A stretch of DNA of 64,000 nt from an uncultured Chloroflexia bacterium (GTDB lineage Bacteria; Chloroflexota; Limnocylindria; Limnocylindrales; CSP1-4), in NCBI GenBank assembly GCA_963722105.1, contig CAVRKQ010000001.1, positions 13,686 through 77,685 of the forward strand. Reading direction: 5' to 3'. The notes beneath the pieces were generated by a model. That model was not told the DNA's origin, did no database searches, and saw nothing but the letters and a program-made list of their open reading frames with translations. Shown here in pieces: positions 61,325-64,000 of this stretch (within the stretch, counting starts at the first letter, position 1; each line of letters opens with the position of its first letter). The position numbers were made by a program, and so were the translations under genes.

Positions 61325-62128
61325 TGGCCGGGATCCGGGCCCCAGCCGGTCGGCGCCGCAGGACCGTGATCGCGCTCAACGTCCTCCTGTGGGGAGTCGT
61401 CCTCGGAGCCGGCGCGTGGTGGGCCATCGGCGCGATCCGCGATCGCGAGCAGACCGCTCGCACGACGCCGCGCTACGACCCACCGGTCTGGGCGGGGCAG
61501 AACGTCACGGCAGCCTGCTCGGGCGGCTTCTATGCGCGACGTCGACCAGACCATCGTCCTCACGCTCTCCGCGCACTGCTCTGAGCCGGGGCAGGAGCTC
61601 CGCGAGGCAGATGGCCGACTGATCGGCCTGCTCGGGCCGAGGGCGGAGCTTGACGACTGCCCGGAGCATTCGTTCTGCGCCCCGTCGGACTTCCTGACGC
61701 TGGCCCTCGCCGGCGACCGGATCCCGTGGGGCCACCTCAACCTGGTCGACATGGGTGCCGGCGGCTATCGGACGCTCACCCCGGGCACCACCGCGCTCGG
61801 CTGCGAGGACATCAAGGTCGGCGACCGCGTCGAGATCGACGGTCGGGAACGGTTCCGGACGGGCCGGGTCCTCGAGATCGGCCCGTACGAGCACGCGACC
61901 GACACGATGTTCCCGTGCATGGTCGCGGTCGACATCGAGGTCGGGGTCGCGGACAGCGGCGCTGCGGTGCTCGTCAACGGGCTGCCCGCGGGCGTCCTCG
62001 CCCGCAAGCTCGGCAACAGCATGGGGTTCACGCCGCTGGCGGAGGGCCTCGAGAACCTCGGGCTGACGCTCTGCACGACGCCCGACTGCGACCTCTCGCC
62101 GGCGCTGGCGGACCAGCCGGGCGACTGA
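61324..62128 (+). CDS. Membrane-anchored hypothetical protein, possible trypsin-like (S1) protease; frameshift near 61540
   Basis: TM helix; CSGGF, LTLSAHC, SDF, ADSGAAV resemble CxxGF / TAGHC / D / GDSG. Confidence 0.55.
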
Positions 62129-62141
62129 GGCCGGGCGCCAG

Positions 62142-62630
62142 CTAGTTCGGTGCCCCGGCGGCCGCGCCCCAGCGGCGAACCTCGGCGTCGAGGTCGAGGG
62201 GCATCACGGTCCCGCGCTGCTCGTACTCGCCCCACGCTTCGCGCGGAACTCGCCACATGATCTCGAACTCGTTCCCGTCCGGATCCGCGCCGTAGAGCGA
62301 CTTCGAGACGCCGTGGTCGCTCGCGCCGCCCAGCGCCCCGGCATCGGACAGCTGGCTCGCGGCTGCCGCGAGGTCCTCGATCGTCGGGACCTCCCAGGCG
62401 AGGTGGTAGAGGCCCGTGGAGCCACGAGGCGCCCGCGGCGCTTCCGGGCCGACCGAGAACAGACCGAGGTCGTGGTGGTTGTCGGTGCCCGCAGCGCGCA
62501 TGAACACGGCCCGGCCGTTGAACTCGCTCGAGACGACTTCGAACCCGAACACGCGGGCGTAGAAGTCGGCGGACGCCTCGGCGTCGCGGACATAGAGGAC
62601 GGCATGGTTGAGACGGGCGACGGGGATCAC
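62142..62630 (-). CDS. VOC/glyoxalase-family protein
   Basis: SD AGGAG; LNHAVLYVRD, HHDLGL, GLYHLAW, DHGVSKSLYGADPDGNEFE. Confidence 0.88.
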   Translation of the reverse strand: MIPVARLNHAVLYVRDAEASADFYARVFGFEVVSSEFNGRAVFMRAAGTDNHHDLGLFSVGPEAPRAPRGSTGLYHLAWEVPTIEDLAAAASQLSDAGALGGASDHGVSKSLYGADPDGNEFEIMWRVPREAWGEYEQRGTVMPLDLDAEVRRWGAAAGAPN

Positions 62631-62713
62631 GGTCAAGCTCCTGATTGGTTGATGACGCAACGATATCACCGAGCCACGCCGTGCCCATCCGACCCGATAG
62701 ACTTCCGCCTCGC

Positions 62714-63865
62714 ATGAAGATCGGAGTCGCACGCGAGACGGCACCAGGCGAGCGCCGCGTCGCGCTCGTCCCCGACGCGCTTGCGAAGCTGACCGCCACG
62801 GGCCTCGAGGTCCTGGTCGAGAAGGGCGCCGGCAGCGGCGCGCTCATCCCGGATTCGGCCTACGCGGACGCCGGCGCGACGGTCGTCGGGACCGCCGACC
62901 TTTACGAGCAGGCCGATGTGGTCCTGCGGGTCCAGAAGCCGTCGACGGACGAGGCCAAGCGACTCCGGAAGGGCCAGGCGGTGATCGGGCTCCTGCAGCC
63001 GCTCCTCGATCCCAAGCTGATGGCGACGCTCGCCGAGGGCGGCGTCACCGCGATCAGCCTCGACGCGATCCCGCGGACCCTCTCGCGAGCCCAGACGATG
63101 GACGCGCTGTCCTCGCAGGCCAACGTCGGCGGGTACAAGGCGGTCCTCACCGCCGCGGCGGAGTTCGGCCGCTACTTCCCGCTCCTGACCACCGCCGCCG
63201 GCACGGCGAAGCCCGCGAACGTCCTGATCCTCGGGATCGGTGTCGCCGGGCTCCAGGCGATCGGGACCGCGCGGCGGCTCGGCGCGGTGGTGAAGGCCTA
63301 CGACGTCCGGCCGGAGACCCGCGAGCAGGCCGAGTCGCTGGGCGCCCAGTTCGTCACCCTGAAGACCCAGATCGACGCCACCGGCGCCGGCGGCTACGCC
63401 CGCGAGCTCACGGCCGAGGAGCGCGCCGCCCAGCAGGCCGAGCTCAACGAGGTCATCGCGGGCATGGACGTCGTGATCACCACGGCCCAGGTGCCGGGGC
63501 GCAAGCCCCCGGTGCTCGTCACCGCGGAGGCGGTCGGGAAGATGAAGCCCGGCTCGGTGCTCCTGGACATGGCCGCGTCCGCGCTCGGCGGCAACGTCGA
63601 GCTCTCGAAGGCCGGCGAGACCGTCGTCACCGACAACCTCGTGACGATTCTCGCCCCCGAGAACATCCCCGCGACCATGCCGATCGGCGCGTCGCAGTTC
63701 TACGCCCGGAACATCAGCTCGCTGCTGCTGCAGCTCGTCAAGGACGGGGCCCTCGACGTGAGCCCGGGCGACGAGATCGCGGGGCCGGTCACGATCACCC
63801 ACGGGGGCGAGATTCGGAGCGAGGCCGTGAAGAAGCTGCTCCAGCCCGCGGAGGCCAAGGCATGA
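62714..63865 (+). CDS. pntA: NAD(P) transhydrogenase subunit alpha, part 1
   Basis: ERRVALVP, RTLSRAQTMDALSSQAN, GIGVAGLQA, GGYA, ITTAQVPG, GGNVE. Confidence 0.95.
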   Translation: MKIGVARETAPGERRVALVPDALAKLTATGLEVLVEKGAGSGALIPDSAYADAGATVVGTADLYEQADVVLRVQKPSTDEAKRLRKGQAVIGLLQPLLDPKLMATLAEGGVTAISLDAIPRTLSRAQTMDALSSQANVGGYKAVLTAAAEFGRYFPLLTTAAGTAKPANVLILGIGVAGLQAIGTARRLGAVVKAYDVRPETREQAESLGAQFVTLKTQIDATGAGGYARELTAEERAAQQAELNEVIAGMDVVITTAQVPGRKPPVLVTAEAVGKMKPGSVLLDMAASALGGNVELSKAGETVVTDNLVTILAPENIPATMPIGASQFYARNISSLLLQLVKDGALDVSPGDEIAGPVTITHGGEIRSEAVKKLLQPAEAKA

Positions 63866-64000
63866 GCGAGGCGCTGCTCGCCGCGCTGACGGTCTTCGTC
63901 CTCGCGATCCTGTGCGGCTTCGCGGTGATCTCGAAGGTCCCGGCGACGCTCCACACGCCACTGATGTCCGGCGCGAACTCGATCCACGGGATCGTCCTCG
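63862..64000 (+). CDS. NAD(P) transhydrogenase subunit alpha, part 2 (partial)
   Basis: ATGA overlap; FVLAILCGFAVISKVPATLHTPLMSGANSIHGIV. Confidence 0.9.
   Translation, partial: MSEALLAALTVFVLAILCGFAVISKVPATLHTPLMSGANSIHGIVL

Overview
High-GC bacterial DNA made of two very different segments. Bases 1-~13060 carry an actinobacterial-type (Nocardioides-like, inferred) sugar locus: a YtfQRT-YjfF-like ABC transporter, LacI regulator, araB-araD-araA, aldo/keto reductase, ROK regulator and zwf. Nearly every gene there is broken by several single-base indels, typical of uncorrected long-read sequence. At ~13051 the zwf tail runs into the 5' third of a minus-strand tRNA gene that still has its promoter, so this is probably a chimeric join. 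Bases ~13080-64000 have fewer indels and many leaderless genes and look like another organism (Chloroflexota/Limnocylindria-like, inferred). The main candidate new system is a six-gene operon (25534-19028, minus strand): DsrL/GltD-like NAD(P)H flavo-Fe-S oxidoreductase, b6-type cytochrome b with the heme-ci Cys, subunit IV with APWY in place of PEWY, Rieske protein, cytochrome c-cupredoxin fusion and a membrane-anchored Kelch protein. Other leads are a BldC-like HTH-GAF-GGDEF cyclase, a recurring GTAC-N4-GTAC-like operator, a Cys-containing leader peptide upstream of a DUF4395-sulfurtransferase operon, a candidate ~75-nt sRNA, a C-terminal domain shared by two secreted proteins, a dense set of cell-wall hydrolases and tRNA-Arg(UCG). 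No CRISPR array, rRNA, transposase or integrase was found. All family calls come from motif recognition only; no database was searched.
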